From an uncultured Bacillales bacterium (GTDB lineage Bacteria; Bacillota_I; Bacilli_A; RF39; UBA660), in assembly GCA_946611235.1 (NCBI GenBank), contig CAMODE010000050.1:1-61567 (forward strand): a DNA stretch of 61,567 bases, read 5' to 3'. A program made the translations under genes and the position numbers. Below, piece by piece: positions 50,196-60,113 of this stretch. Every line of letters starts with the position of its first letter. Position 1 is the first letter of the stretch. Below the pieces are notes generated by a model. That model searched no databases and was not told the DNA's origin. It saw only the letters and a program-made list of their open reading frames with translations.

Positions 50196-50836
50196 CTTAC
50201 CTCGACATTAGATAATTTTAAGATATTATTATCTATTCTAAATGTATATATATAATTCGTAGTTAAATCATTTTCATATTTAATATTTACTAATAGATTA
50301 TTATCTTTTTCTTCAATATCGACAGAATAAATATCTAAGTCTATATCTTTACTAGTATTACCTGATAAAGATATATATTTATCAATTATATTAATATTAT
50401 CATTTAGTATTAAAAAATCTTTTATACCAAAGTATTTATCTGTTATATCATAGATCGTATCAATATCGATATATTCATTAGTTACTTTATCATGATAACG
50501 ATTATCCGTATATTTAAAGGTCTCTAATAAAACTATTTTATCTTGATATTTATCTTTATGAGTACTTATATAATCAATAGCAAAATTAGTCATAAATTCA
50601 TAATTATCAGATAAACTATCATAAATAGAAAAATCACTATTATTATATATTAAATAATCAATATCATAGATATATTTTTTAATATCACTAGCTAATTCTT
50701 CTTTATCTTCTTTATAAAATAATGTATAATCATAGTCTTTATAATCATAAGCATAAGTATTTTTAAAAATATTAAAGATAATAAATACACTAGATATCAT
50801 AATTAAAATAATTAATAATATTTTTTTATTCATCAT
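50192..50836 (-). CDS. Hypothetical exported protein
   Basis: Signal peptide-like N-terminus; first gene of an overlapping three-gene run. Confidence 0.6.
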   Translation of the reverse strand: MMNKKILLIILIMISSVFIIFNIFKNTYAYDYKDYDYTLFYKEDKEELASDIKKYIYDIDYLIYNNSDFSIYDSLSDNYEFMTNFAIDYISTHKDKYQDKIVLLETFKYTDNRYHDKVTNEYIDIDTIYDITDKYFGIKDFLILNDNINIIDKYISLSGNTSKDIDLDIYSVDIEEKDNNLLVNIKYENDLTTNYIYTFRIDNNILKLSNVEVR

Positions 50837-50843
50837 CTCACTA

Positions 50844-50899
50844 CTTTCTTAATTTAAGTCTATCATAATATATCTATTTTTACAATATGTGATTTAATT
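50844..50899 (-). repeat. ~56-bp direct repeat containing a promoter (copy 1)
   Basis: TTAATTTAAGTCTATCATAATA-N4-TATTTTTACAATATG-N3-TTTAATT; on the minus strand TTGTAA-17nt-TAGACT. Confidence 0.75.
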
Positions 50900-50947
50900 T
50901 GTTATATGAAAAAAAGATGACATAGAGAGATAATCTCAGTGCCATCT

Positions 50948-52543
50948 TTATTTTATTTTAGTTAATTTGCGTGTAATTGTTTCATCAACAGGCGGAACAT
51001 ATTCAACTAAATGAAAACCATATAAATGATTATATTTTTTCATTACCCTTTGTACTCTACTTAATTCTCCGGATTTATCAAACAAAATTTTTGATTCTAC
51101 AAGTTGTTCAACTCTATGTACTTCACTAGGATTCATAGCAGCTATAGAATATTTATTTTCAAAATCAATATTAAAGGCAACTTTAACTCCTGTCTGATTA
51201 TTTTGGGCTATTTTAGAATTTAATTCTTCCATTAAAAGATCATAATAAGTATATTGATTAGATCCTTGTTTTAATAAAACTACTATACATAACGTTCCTT
51301 TACTGCTTTTTAAATCTTGATAGTTTGTTAAATAAACAGAATCGATATTTTCATCCTTATATAACTTTTTAATATTATCTGTTAATTCTTGTGACAAAAA
51401 AGAATGTTCTTCTTCGGTAAGTTTTATTCTTTCCCTGACTACTTTGTCTAAATGTAATAAATTATTAGCTCTAGCAATCTTTAACATATTTATAAATTCT
51501 GGAAATTGAGTATCACCAGCATATATACTTTTATCCCATTCATACCATATATCAAAGGCATCTTTTGCTCCATCTTTTAACATTTGTTTAACTCTTGCAC
51601 TTTTAAAAACAACATTATTCTCTTGATCATCTAGTGAGTGATGTAATCCTTTATCTTGATAAATCTTCGATTTTAAATCAGCTTCTTCTTTATCACAATA
51701 ATGTGCGTGCTTTGCTTCAGTGGTTACTTGTTCATCAAATTCAAAAAGTAATGATAATAAAATATCTTTTTCTTTTAAATCACCTAGAGCATCTCTCATA
51801 GCCTCATGTTCAATTTCTTTTTTCTTTTCTGGCGTAATGCCATCAAATGGAGTGATATCACCAATTAATGTTTCACCTATTTCATGTATAACTAACATTT
51901 TCAGTTCTTTATCTGTATCAAAATTATATTCAAATTCAGAATTTAAGGCTATTGCCAGACTTAAAGTTCCAATTACGTGTTCAGAAACTCTTTCAATTCT
52001 ATTGGATTTAATATTCCAATGTTTTTTATCCCAACCTGATCTTACTTTATTTTTTAATCTAAAGTTTAAATGATAGAATTTAAATATTTCTTCACATTCA
52101 GAAGGCATCTTACTACATAATGAAGCTATAATTGAACTTCCCTCTTTAATTAATTCCGATGCCTCAATGTTATTTTCTTTTTCCTTAATTAGTTTTGTTA
52201 GTAAAAGATCTAACATTTTATATTTAAATATTAATTTACCATTTTCAGTATTCATATCTTTGGCTTCTAATATTTCTTCTTTATATTGTTTTCCTAATTT
52301 TAAATTTTCAAAATTATAATTAGAATATAAATTATTAAATTCCGTTAGAAGCATCATTCTATAAATTTTAGATACATTACTTGTTTCCTTAAATTCAGAA
52401 TCAATAGCGGTTGCTAATATCATACTTCCAAATAAATGATCCGCTACACTATAGTTATTTGGTTCATCAATAATTCTATTTTTCAATTCATCTGCTTTAA
52501 CATAAAAATTTAATGTCTTTATTATTTCATTCATTTTTTCCAT
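50948..52543 (-). CDS. Tandem HD-domain protein (YfbR/HDDC2-like) with C-terminal nucleotidyltransferase-like extension
   Basis: SVADH and RSGW...ERVSEH...IHEIGE..IGDITP; C-terminal IDSVYL...SKILFDKSG. Confidence 0.7.
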   Translation of the reverse strand: MEKMNEIIKTLNFYVKADELKNRIIDEPNNYSVADHLFGSMILATAIDSEFKETSNVSKIYRMMLLTEFNNLYSNYNFENLKLGKQYKEEILEAKDMNTENGKLIFKYKMLDLLLTKLIKEKENNIEASELIKEGSSIIASLCSKMPSECEEIFKFYHLNFRLKNKVRSGWDKKHWNIKSNRIERVSEHVIGTLSLAIALNSEFEYNFDTDKELKMLVIHEIGETLIGDITPFDGITPEKKKEIEHEAMRDALGDLKEKDILLSLLFEFDEQVTTEAKHAHYCDKEEADLKSKIYQDKGLHHSLDDQENNVVFKSARVKQMLKDGAKDAFDIWYEWDKSIYAGDTQFPEFINMLKIARANNLLHLDKVVRERIKLTEEEHSFLSQELTDNIKKLYKDENIDSVYLTNYQDLKSSKGTLCIVVLLKQGSNQYTYYDLLMEELNSKIAQNNQTGVKVAFNIDFENKYSIAAMNPSEVHRVEQLVESKILFDKSGELSRVQRVMKKYNHLYGFHLVEYVPPVDETITRKLTKIK

Positions 52544-52608
52544 TCCCAAAACACCTCTCAATATGTATTATATCATACAATTATTATATATAAGTAAAAA
52601 AATATATT

Positions 52609-53472
52609 TTAGTTTCCAGTAATCATTATTCCAAATGCTCCAATTAAAGCTAATATAATTCCAATATAGTTTATTTTGCTAGATTTTTCTTTTAAAACAA
52701 ATATAGAATATATAAGTACAAATGGTGTATATAAAGCTGTTAGTGGAGAAGCAATTGAAGCATATGTATAATTAAATGATACTAATAAACAACCAGTTCC
52801 TAAAACATTCAATAATGATCCAAGTATTGAATACTTATACTCGACAATTTCATTTTTTACATTTTTAATTATTAACATCATTTTTTCTTTAGTAATTATT
52901 AAATATAAAATGGATACAGGTATTTGTACTAAAGCTATCGCAACTAAGAAGTCAAAAGATGAAGTTTTATTTATTATTCCTTTGGTTAAAGTATCAGATA
53001 AGCCAACTGCTACTGCTGTAAATAATGGAATTAATACTGCTATATTTTTTATATTTTTAAGTTTAAATTCAGAACTAATTGATGTTAAAATAGTACCAAC
53101 TAAAGTTACTAAGATAAGTATGATTTGTAAATAATTTAATCTTTCGCTATTTATTATCATTGAAAATAGTAATGTATAAATAGGATAAGTAGATATTAAA
53201 ACAGTAGTAATACTTAAATTCCCTTTTGATAAAGCATAAAATACTAATGCTTCTGATAAAATTGCAGATATAATAGCATAAGGAATGCACTCTATAATAC
53301 TATTTATTCTGGCACCAAATATAAATCCTAAGGGTATCCATAATATAAGTCCAAATAGCATATCAAAGAAAAATGCTACTGATGGATCTAATTCTTTATA
53401 ACTTTTTTTAAGTGCTATTTCCATTCCAGTCATAAATATGGCTGATATAATAGCAATAACTATTCCAATCAT
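52609..53472 (-). CDS. EamA/DMT family transporter
   Basis: About 10 TM helices with duplicated EamA pattern (YALSKGNLS, VLKEK). Confidence 0.85.
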   Translation of the reverse strand: MIGIVIAIISAIFMTGMEIALKKSYKELDPSVAFFFDMLFGLILWIPLGFIFGARINSIIECIPYAIISAILSEALVFYALSKGNLSITTVLISTYPIYTLLFSMIINSERLNYLQIILILVTLVGTILTSISSEFKLKNIKNIAVLIPLFTAVAVGLSDTLTKGIINKTSSFDFLVAIALVQIPVSILYLIITKEKMMLIIKNVKNEIVEYKYSILGSLLNVLGTGCLLVSFNYTYASIASPLTALYTPFVLIYSIFVLKEKSSKINYIGIILALIGAFGIMITGN

Positions 53473-53482
53473 ATTTTTTCTC

Positions 53483-53935
53483 CTATTCTATCTTAAAATC
53501 ATCTAAATCAATAATTTGAGCATAGACATCCGCTCTTATATTACCTTTTTCAGGAAGAATACCTAAACTAATTATTTCATCATTATATTGATAATCTTCA
53601 AATATACATTTTCCTTCTACTTCATTTTTATTGCCAAATTCAATATTTAAAATATACTGATTACCAGTTCCTGTTTGCTCAAATATTTTATTTTGATATT
53701 CAATTGTTGTATCAGATAATCTAGTATAGTTCATGTTTTCAATTACTTTTCCTACATATATTAAGTTATCATCCGGTATTATTACTAAAACATTATTCCC
53801 ACTTAATTCACATTTAATATATTTAGCAGTATTATCTTCTTCCAATGAATACCATGTTTTAGTTTTAACTATATATTCATTACTACCACACTTAATTTTA
53901 CAATTTTCTTTTATTTGATCTATTAAATTATCCAT
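53483..53935 (-). CDS. Hypothetical protein
   Basis: 150-aa ORF with AAGAAGGA RBS. Confidence 0.6.
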   Translation of the reverse strand: MDNLIDQIKENCKIKCGSNEYIVKTKTWYSLEEDNTAKYIKCELSGNNVLVIIPDDNLIYVGKVIENMNYTRLSDTTIEYQNKIFEQTGTGNQYILNIEFGNKNEVEGKCIFEDYQYNDEIISLGILPEKGNIRADVYAQIIDLDDFKIE

Positions 53936-53946
53936 ATATATTCCTT

Positions 53947-54003
53947 CTTTCTTTAATTTAAGTCTATCATAATAATTATATTTTTACAATATGCATTTTA
54001 ATT
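53947..54003 (-). repeat. ~56-bp direct repeat containing a promoter (copy 2)
   Basis: Same 22-nt and 15-nt blocks as 50844-50899. Confidence 0.75.
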
Positions 54004-54033
54004 AAAAAAAAGAATACTTAATTATTGTATTCT

Positions 54034-54660
54034 TTACATTTTTAATACTTTCTTATATGTATTTCTATATTCATTAATATTAGGTGTATTATAATCATGA
54101 CAATATTCAATTATATGATAGTCATTAAAAATACTATCTGTTATTAAACTATCTTCTTGAGTATAACATGATACATTAATAACTCTATTTCCTATTATTT
54201 CATTAATATGTTCTTGTAATCCTTTTTCATTTTTTAAATTATCAACCATAAAATGTAGTCTTAATTCTAAATTATCATTACGTATTTTTCTATTTATTCC
54301 TTCTAAGTCATAATTATCTAATGATATATATGTATCTAATCCTTTGCTATTAAATAAGTATTCTTCAGCAAATGATAATTCTTTTTTTATACTATTGCTT
54401 AAATATTTATCTAATTTTTTATTACTTAGAATTGAATAAAATAAATATACTCTATATATATCATCTAGATAGCCACTATCACGATTATTTTCTATTAATG
54501 GTAATATTTTATCTAAATCATTAAAATTAATACATATATCTATATATTTATCAGAAGGATTATCTAATAATAATTCTATTTTATCTAATTCTTCTTTAGT
54601 TAATTCAAAAAATAACGAATGATTAGCTTTAGATAGTAGTCTTTTTAAATATTCTTCCAT
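54034..54660 (-). CDS. Hypothetical protein
   Basis: 208-aa ORF with AAAGGAG RBS. Confidence 0.6.
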   Translation of the reverse strand: MEEYLKRLLSKANHSLFFELTKEELDKIELLLDNPSDKYIDICINFNDLDKILPLIENNRDSGYLDDIYRVYLFYSILSNKKLDKYLSNSIKKELSFAEEYLFNSKGLDTYISLDNYDLEGINRKIRNDNLELRLHFMVDNLKNEKGLQEHINEIIGNRVINVSCYTQEDSLITDSIFNDYHIIEYCHDYNTPNINEYRNTYKKVLKM

Positions 54661-54701
54661 GAAAAAATCTCCTTTATTTTATATATTAAATTCTTATAAA
54701 T

Positions 54702-54761
54702 GATTCCTCTTGTACTAGAGTATCCGCGGATTAACTTGTTAATCCGTTAGCGAAGCGGTTA
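54702..54761. repeat. Dispersed ~61-nt hairpin element, copy B
   Basis: GATTCCTCTTGTA...GCGGATTAAC-TT-GTTAATCCGT-TAGCGAAGCGGTTA. Confidence 0.7.
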
Positions 54762-54791
54762 ATAAAAATAGAAAGTAATTAATACTCTCTA

Positions 54792-55043
54792 TTAATAAGA
54801 ATCAACATTTATCTTTACTAATTTATTATCTTCACCAAAAGAAGCTGCTTGTACAATAGTTCTAATAGCATTAATAGTTTTACCACTATGACCTATTACT
54901 TTAGCTACATCATCTTTTGATACCATAACTTCTATTAATAAAGTATTTTCTTCATCTGATTCAAATTCTTTTACTGATACACTATCGCTATCTTCAACAA
55001 GACCTTTAACGATTAATTCTGTTAAACTAACTAAATTATCCAT
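54792..55043 (-). CDS. khpA: KH domain RNA-binding protein KhpA (YlqC)
   Basis: KVIGHSGKTINAIRT GxxG motif; downstream of rpsP. Confidence 0.9.
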   Translation of the reverse strand: MDNLVSLTELIVKGLVEDSDSVSVKEFESDEENTLLIEVMVSKDDVAKVIGHSGKTINAIRTIVQAASFGEDNKLVKINVDSY

Positions 55044-55315
55044 TACTTACCTTGTTTTGCATTATGGAATTTTTCCATAATTCCTGCTTTACTTAATAAA
55101 TTTTTAACTGTATCAGTAGGGATTGCTCCATTATTTAACCATTTCATAGCTTTTTCTTCATCTATTTTAACTTCAGCTGGAGTAGTTAGTGGATTATAAG
55201 TACCCACTGTATCAATAAATCTTCCATCTCTAGGACTTCTTGAATCTGCTACTACTAAACGATAATATGGTGCTTTCTTTGCTCCCATTCTTTTAAGTCT
55301 TAATTTTACTGCCAT
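55043..55315 (-). CDS. rpsP: 30S ribosomal protein S16
   Basis: [22 protein letters not shown]. Confidence 0.98.
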   Translation of the reverse strand: MAVKLRLKRMGAKKAPYYRLVVADSRSPRDGRFIDTVGTYNPLTTPAEVKIDEEKAMKWLNNGAIPTDTVKNLLSKAGIMEKFHNAKQGK

Positions 55316-55411
55316 TATATATTCCCTCGCTTTCTGCTAGTATTATAATACAAAAAAAATATACTGTCAACCTTTTTTTGTTACAGTATATTATATTTTT
55401 ATAATTATTAT

Positions 55412-56038
55412 CTATGCAGTAAAGTCTACATATGCCTCTTCACCATTTTCACCTTCAAAAGTAATAGTACCATTATAAATTTTACTATAATCATCTGTTT
55501 GAGAATTATTAGTTTCTTCTAACCATATTACTAGATAATAGTCCTTACTTGTACTAGATAAATTTATACTTAAATTATTACTATTACTAGTCATATATAC
55601 TTTACCATTATTAGTATTAGATGGTGTTATTACATCACTAACTGCTGTAAAACTACTATCATATAATTGACACCTTATATCATTTGTAGTATATGTACTA
55701 TTTGTCGTTGTAATAGATGGTGTTAAACTTACAGTATCACCTGTATTAGAAAGAGTAATACTATATAATGAACAAACATCTCTTCCATTCTTATCAATAC
55801 ATTTATTTGTTTCTTTACTTATCGCAGTACCTACTAAGTTATCGGATAATGGTACTAAATTATTAGCCCTATATATAGTTGTTAGATTTATACTAGCTCC
55901 AAAATCAAATGTTCTACCTTCAATATTATCACCTGTATTATTAGCTACCGCTACAAAATAAGCAAGTGTTACTCCTAGTAATGATATTATTACTATTCCC
56001 ATTACGGCAAAAACAGATAATTCTACTTTTTTTCTCAT
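55412..56038 (-). CDS. Exported protein with SipW-type (TasA/camelysin-like) signal peptide
   Basis: LLGVTLAYF signal; YYLVIWL..T...Q near the C-terminus. Confidence 0.65.
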   Translation of the reverse strand: MRKKVELSVFAVMGIVIISLLGVTLAYFVAVANNTGDNIEGRTFDFGASINLTTIYRANNLVPLSDNLVGTAISKETNKCIDKNGRDVCSLYSITLSNTGDTVSLTPSITTTNSTYTTNDIRCQLYDSSFTAVSDVITPSNTNNGKVYMTSNSNNLSINLSSTSKDYYLVIWLEETNNSQTDDYSKIYNGTITFEGENGEEAYVDFTA

Positions 56039-56040
56039 AA

Positions 56041-56679
56041 TTACTTTTCACCCTCTTCTGTACCAGATATAGTTGATGATAATTTTTGTCCATAGATAGA
56101 ATTATATGTAATAGAGGCACTATACTTCCCACCAACATCTTCTTCTTGATGACGTTCTAAATCACTAAGCCATATTACTAGAGTAAATTTCTTTTTAGTA
56201 GGAATTCCTGTCTCTAAAGCACTATCTAATATAAAATTACTACCTAATGGCATACCATCAGTACTCTTTTCTATCTTAGTAATATTTTGATAAATTTCTT
56301 CATTTTCATCTAGTACTAGATAACTTAAATTAGAAATATGTTCAATATTAAAATCAATAGTACCAACAACATCCTGTTTAGCAGAATCATTTGTTACCTC
56401 AATATCATAGGCATCACAAGCCCCATTTCCATAGTCATCAACACATTTATTACGATATGCCCTCATGATATCAGAGTCCGCTAACGGAATAAGATTTTTT
56501 CCTGAATATTTTGATGCAACTTCAAGTTCTAATGTTAAATGTCCTGATTTAACATCTAAAGCATCATTATTAGATCTATCTCTAGCTGTAAAATAAGAAA
56601 ATGTTACACCAAATAGCATAATAATAAAACTAAATATATATATTGTTAATAATAAATATTTTTTATCTTTTGCCTTCAT
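56041..56679 (-). CDS. Exported protein with SipW-type signal peptide, paralog of 55412-56038
   Basis: FGVTFSYFT; shares NL.PL.D, KC.D..G...C..Y and LVIWL with its neighbour. Confidence 0.65.
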   Translation of the reverse strand: MKAKDKKYLLLTIYIFSFIIMLFGVTFSYFTARDRSNNDALDVKSGHLTLELEVASKYSGKNLIPLADSDIMRAYRNKCVDDYGNGACDAYDIEVTNDSAKQDVVGTIDFNIEHISNLSYLVLDENEEIYQNITKIEKSTDGMPLGSNFILDSALETGIPTKKKFTLVIWLSDLERHQEEDVGGKYSASITYNSIYGQKLSSTISGTEEGEK

Positions 56680-56781
56680 ATGGTCACCCTTCTACTATTA
56701 ATATGATATCAAATAATTAAATCTTTTTCAATAGATTAAAAAGAAAAAAAGAAAAAAGATGTTAAACCTTTATTTCTTTAT

Positions 56782-57285
56782 TTATTCTTTATTTTCAAAA
56801 TCAATTTCTAATAGTTCTAATAAATTAGTAATTGTAATAAAGGTAGATTTTTTCCCTGAGTTAGAAAATTTAACAGGTATACCACCCTTTTCTTCCCATT
56901 TTTCTAAATTAGGGGGAAAGTCATCTACAAGAATGGATCCATCTGGATCTACCATATCTCTTTTTTCTATATTTTTAGGAACTATTATTACTTCGATATC
57001 TGGTAATACTTCTTTAAAATATTCCTTTTTAGCATTACCTTCTTTTTCCGAATGAACATGAGTAAGTATCTTAGTATCAAAATAATTACTTAAGGTCTTT
57101 ATTTTGGATATTGAATTATCGATTTCTCCTGAACTAATAAGAAATTCTTTCCAATCTATACTTTGATAATATTTATTTATTTCACTATCTTTAGTAATAT
57201 TTTTTTCTTTTAATACCCGATAAGATTTATTTATCGTATCAAGGATTACTCCATCACAATCTAAATACAGTTTTCTTTTTTGCAT
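56782..57285 (-). CDS. HAD-superfamily 5'(3')-nucleotidase-like protein
   Basis: LYLDCDGVILD, ILVDD...NL..W...GG. Confidence 0.8.
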   Translation of the reverse strand: MQKRKLYLDCDGVILDTINKSYRVLKEKNITKDSEINKYYQSIDWKEFLISSGEIDNSISKIKTLSNYFDTKILTHVHSEKEGNAKKEYFKEVLPDIEVIIVPKNIEKRDMVDPDGSILVDDFPPNLEKWEEKGGIPVKFSNSGKKSTFITITNLLELLEIDFENKE

Positions 57286-57295
57286 AGTATCCTCA

Positions 57296-57832
57296 TTACT
57301 TAAGTGAAGTTTTGATTTCTTCTCCACTTACAAAAGATACTATTTTCTCTGATGATACTTTGATAACAGTAGGATCAATTACTTTTAAGTCTTCGATGGA
57401 TTCTACTACTCCTGATGGTTCTCCGATAAAGTTAGAATTAAATTCATCATGTAAATCGACACGGTAAACAGTACCATCTAAGTCATCAACAATATTTGTT
57501 ACTTCAGAGTCTTCATTAGTACTATCATAATAATATATATAATATTCTTCATCTAGTTGTTTTAGTGATTCACTTGCTAGTATTCTATTCCTAATACTAG
57601 TAGTTTCTTCCTCTTCATTTTTATTACTTTTACTAAACCATTTAATATCTTTCGTAGCAAAGATACCTGTAAATAAATAAGTTAAAGAAAATAATGCTAT
57701 CAAAACTATCATTATAGTTACAAAACCTTTAGTAGTCATTGGTTTATCCTTATTTAATTCTTGAGCCTCTTTAACATTCTTTCCAGATCTTTTTGCTTCT
57801 TTTCTTCTTAATTCTCTTCCCATATATAACAC
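57296..57832 (-). CDS. Membrane-anchored hypothetical protein (thioredoxin-like fold without Cys)
   Basis: TM helix; YYIYYY...YRVDL...PTVIKV. Confidence 0.6.
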   Translation of the reverse strand: MLYMGRELRRKEAKRSGKNVKEAQELNKDKPMTTKGFVTIMIVLIALFSLTYLFTGIFATKDIKWFSKSNKNEEEETTSIRNRILASESLKQLDEEYYIYYYDSTNEDSEVTNIVDDLDGTVYRVDLHDEFNSNFIGEPSGVVESIEDLKVIDPTVIKVSSEKIVSFVSGEEIKTSLK

Positions 57833-57873
57833 TTCCTTTTTTTAATTATAATATAAATAATTATTATTGTAAA

Positions 57874-58614
57874 TTAATAAAAGACATTTTTTAGGTATAA
57901 GCCTTCCGGTGAAGCTGTCTTGCCCGCTGACGACCTATCTTCTTTTTTTAAGATATCTATTATTTCTTCACTCTTTATTTTTCCTTCTCCGACCATAATT
58001 AATGTTCCTACCATATTTCGAACCATATATCTTAAAAAGCCAGTTCCGACAAAGATAAAAGTTATCTTATTTAGATTTTTAGGATCCCTTATTAAATTAG
58101 TTTGAGATATAGTACGTACATAATCATCTTTTTCTTCATCTACTTTTGTAAATGATTTAAAATTATGTTCTCCTTCTAAATATTTCATAGCTCTTTCCAT
58201 TTCAACAACATCTAATTTTTGATTATATTGACAAACATAATTTCTTTCTAGGGGGTTATATTCTCCCATATTTAGTTTATAAATATATTCTTTCCCAATA
58301 GCGGAAAATCTAGCATGAAAATCATCTGGTACTTCAGCACAATTTCTTACAAAGACATCCTCTGGTAAAAGAGAGTTTAATCCCTTACTTAATTTATCTA
58401 ATGGAATCTTCTTTTCTAAATCAAAATGAATTCTTTGAGCAATAGCATGAACTCCAGCATCAGTTCTACCTGAAGCATGAATATCTACTTTAACTCCGCC
58501 ATTTATTTCTTTTAAAGCCTTTTCTATTTCTCCTTGTACTGTTCTTTCTCTCGGTTGTTTTTGATACCCCTTAAAATTTGTTCCATCATAGGAAACTGTA
58601 ATTAAATATCTCAT
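57874..58614 (-). CDS. truA: tRNA pseudouridine(38-40) synthase TruA
   Basis: SYDGT, GRTDAGVHA, FHARF, GFLRYMVR. Confidence 0.97.
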   Translation of the reverse strand: MRYLITVSYDGTNFKGYQKQPRERTVQGEIEKALKEINGGVKVDIHASGRTDAGVHAIAQRIHFDLEKKIPLDKLSKGLNSLLPEDVFVRNCAEVPDDFHARFSAIGKEYIYKLNMGEYNPLERNYVCQYNQKLDVVEMERAMKYLEGEHNFKSFTKVDEEKDDYVRTISQTNLIRDPKNLNKITFIFVGTGFLRYMVRNMVGTLIMVGEGKIKSEEIIDILKKEDRSSAGKTASPEGLYLKNVFY

Positions 58615-58627
58615 TATACTACCTCCA

Positions 58628-59353
58628 TCAATATATAATTACCACCACTAAAATAGCAATATTTAATATAAGAAGTAAAACTTCTTTAATACCAAATTTA
58701 TTTAATCGATAGTTAGTCCTCGACTTACCATATCCAAATAATTTTAATTTCATATCTATGGATATTAGATTTAATCTATTTATCGAATAATTAAATGATT
58801 TTATTATTATATTTTGATAATATTTTATCTTCTTACCTACTGAGTCTTTATTATTAAATCGCTCTTTATATATATTGTTAAATCGATCTAGTTCGTCTTT
58901 ATAGATAGTAGGAATCCTAAATAGCAATGCTGTATAAAGTATTACTTTACTATCTTTCTTAATACTAAAGGGATCTAATACTCTACCAATAGCATACATA
59001 GTCTCGTTAATAGTAGTAACATGCATAAATATTAAGATATATGTAATGATAAAGATAAACCTAAAGAGATCTCCTAGTAATATTTCTATTGGACTAAATG
59101 TAATAATATTAATAATTATAATAAAGAAGATAAAGTATTTGAAATAACTTATTTCTTTTAGAATTATTTTGATATTAATACCACTACTTACAAGGGTAAG
59201 GATTAAATAACTAAATAACATTATAACATCTTTATAACTATTTATAAAAATTGAACTAATTAACATTATAATTAAAAATATTAACTTTAATGTTGAATTA
59301 AGATTATGAGCTAAGGAATCTTCATTTATATATTTTCCAATACTATTTGACAT
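58628..59353 (-). CDS. ecfT: ECF transporter transmembrane component EcfT, diverged
   Basis: GKYINEDS.AHNLN..LKL N-terminus; conserved ecfA-ecfA-ecfT-truA synteny. Confidence 0.75.
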   Translation of the reverse strand: MSNSIGKYINEDSLAHNLNSTLKLIFLIIMLISSIFINSYKDVIMLFSYLILTLVSSGINIKIILKEISYFKYFIFFIIIINIITFSPIEILLGDLFRFIFIITYILIFMHVTTINETMYAIGRVLDPFSIKKDSKVILYTALLFRIPTIYKDELDRFNNIYKERFNNKDSVGKKIKYYQNIIIKSFNYSINRLNLISIDMKLKLFGYGKSRTNYRLNKFGIKEVLLLILNIAILVVVIIY

Positions 59354-60113
59354 TTCGATATATATCCTTCATTAATTCTTTGATGTCATATGTTATATCT
59401 AAAGAAATATTTTTCTTTTTTCTAGCAGTATTAATAAAATCAATTATCTTAGGTACTTGAAGGGATGAGCCTTCTAGTTTATCTGTTTCCTTTAATAAGT
59501 CTTTTTTATTTGAACTTGATATTAATTTGCCATTTTTTAATAATATATATTTATCACATACTTCATAAGAGAATAAAATATCACTAGTAAGTATTATTAA
59601 TGTTTTATGATACTCTTTTACTATCTTCTTAAATAGTTTAATTAGTATCTTCTTATGATAATCATCTAATTCTGGTAATTCATTTATGACTAATACTTTG
59701 GGATTAGTTACTAAGGCTATTCCTACTTTCAATAATATCTTTTCACCACCGGATATTTCATTAGGATTTAGATATTTGATATGATCATTTATTTTAAGCA
59801 TTTTAAAAACAAAATCTATTTTTTTATTGATTGTTTCTTCTTGATAATTACTTATAGGCAGTTTTAGTTCATCATAAACAGTATCACAAACAAAATCATT
59901 TTGATTATTGCTCATGTAACTTATCTTATTTTTACTATAACTACTTATTATTTCACCTTGATAATCATTTATTTTACCAGTAATTATTTTACCTAAGTAA
60001 TCTTTTTCTATTTCATCAGAAGAAAGAATAGTATATATTTTTCCTTCTTCAAATTCACAATCTATATCTTTTAATATTTTTTTATAGACTACTTTTTTTA
60101 GGGTTAGGGCCAT
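59343..60113 (-). CDS. ECF ATPase EcfA2-like, Walker A lost
   Basis: ISGGE signature kept; P-loop reads SSDEIEKDY; Walker B reads VINE. Confidence 0.75.
   Translation of the reverse strand: MALTLKKVVYKKILKDIDCEFEEGKIYTILSSDEIEKDYLGKIITGKINDYQGEIISSYSKNKISYMSNNQNDFVCDTVYDELKLPISNYQEETINKKIDFVFKMLKINDHIKYLNPNEISGGEKILLKVGIALVTNPKVLVINELPELDDYHKKILIKLFKKIVKEYHKTLIILTSDILFSYEVCDKYILLKNGKLISSSNKKDLLKETDKLEGSSLQVPKIIDFINTARKKKNISLDITYDIKELMKDIYRNVK

Noticed and set aside
568..58105. Short overlapping ORFs (e.g. 568-768, 7397-7786, 8101-8307, 9558-9836, 14410-14658, 17998-18249, 18496-18777, 31102-31287, 37504-37908, 39444-39827, 41014-41328, 49741-50211, 51720-52073, 52910-53134, 53733-53918, 55941-56138, 56759-57055, 57920-58105)
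   Set aside because: They lie on the opposite strand or alternate frame of well-supported genes, with the S/L/F/I-rich composition typical of shadows.
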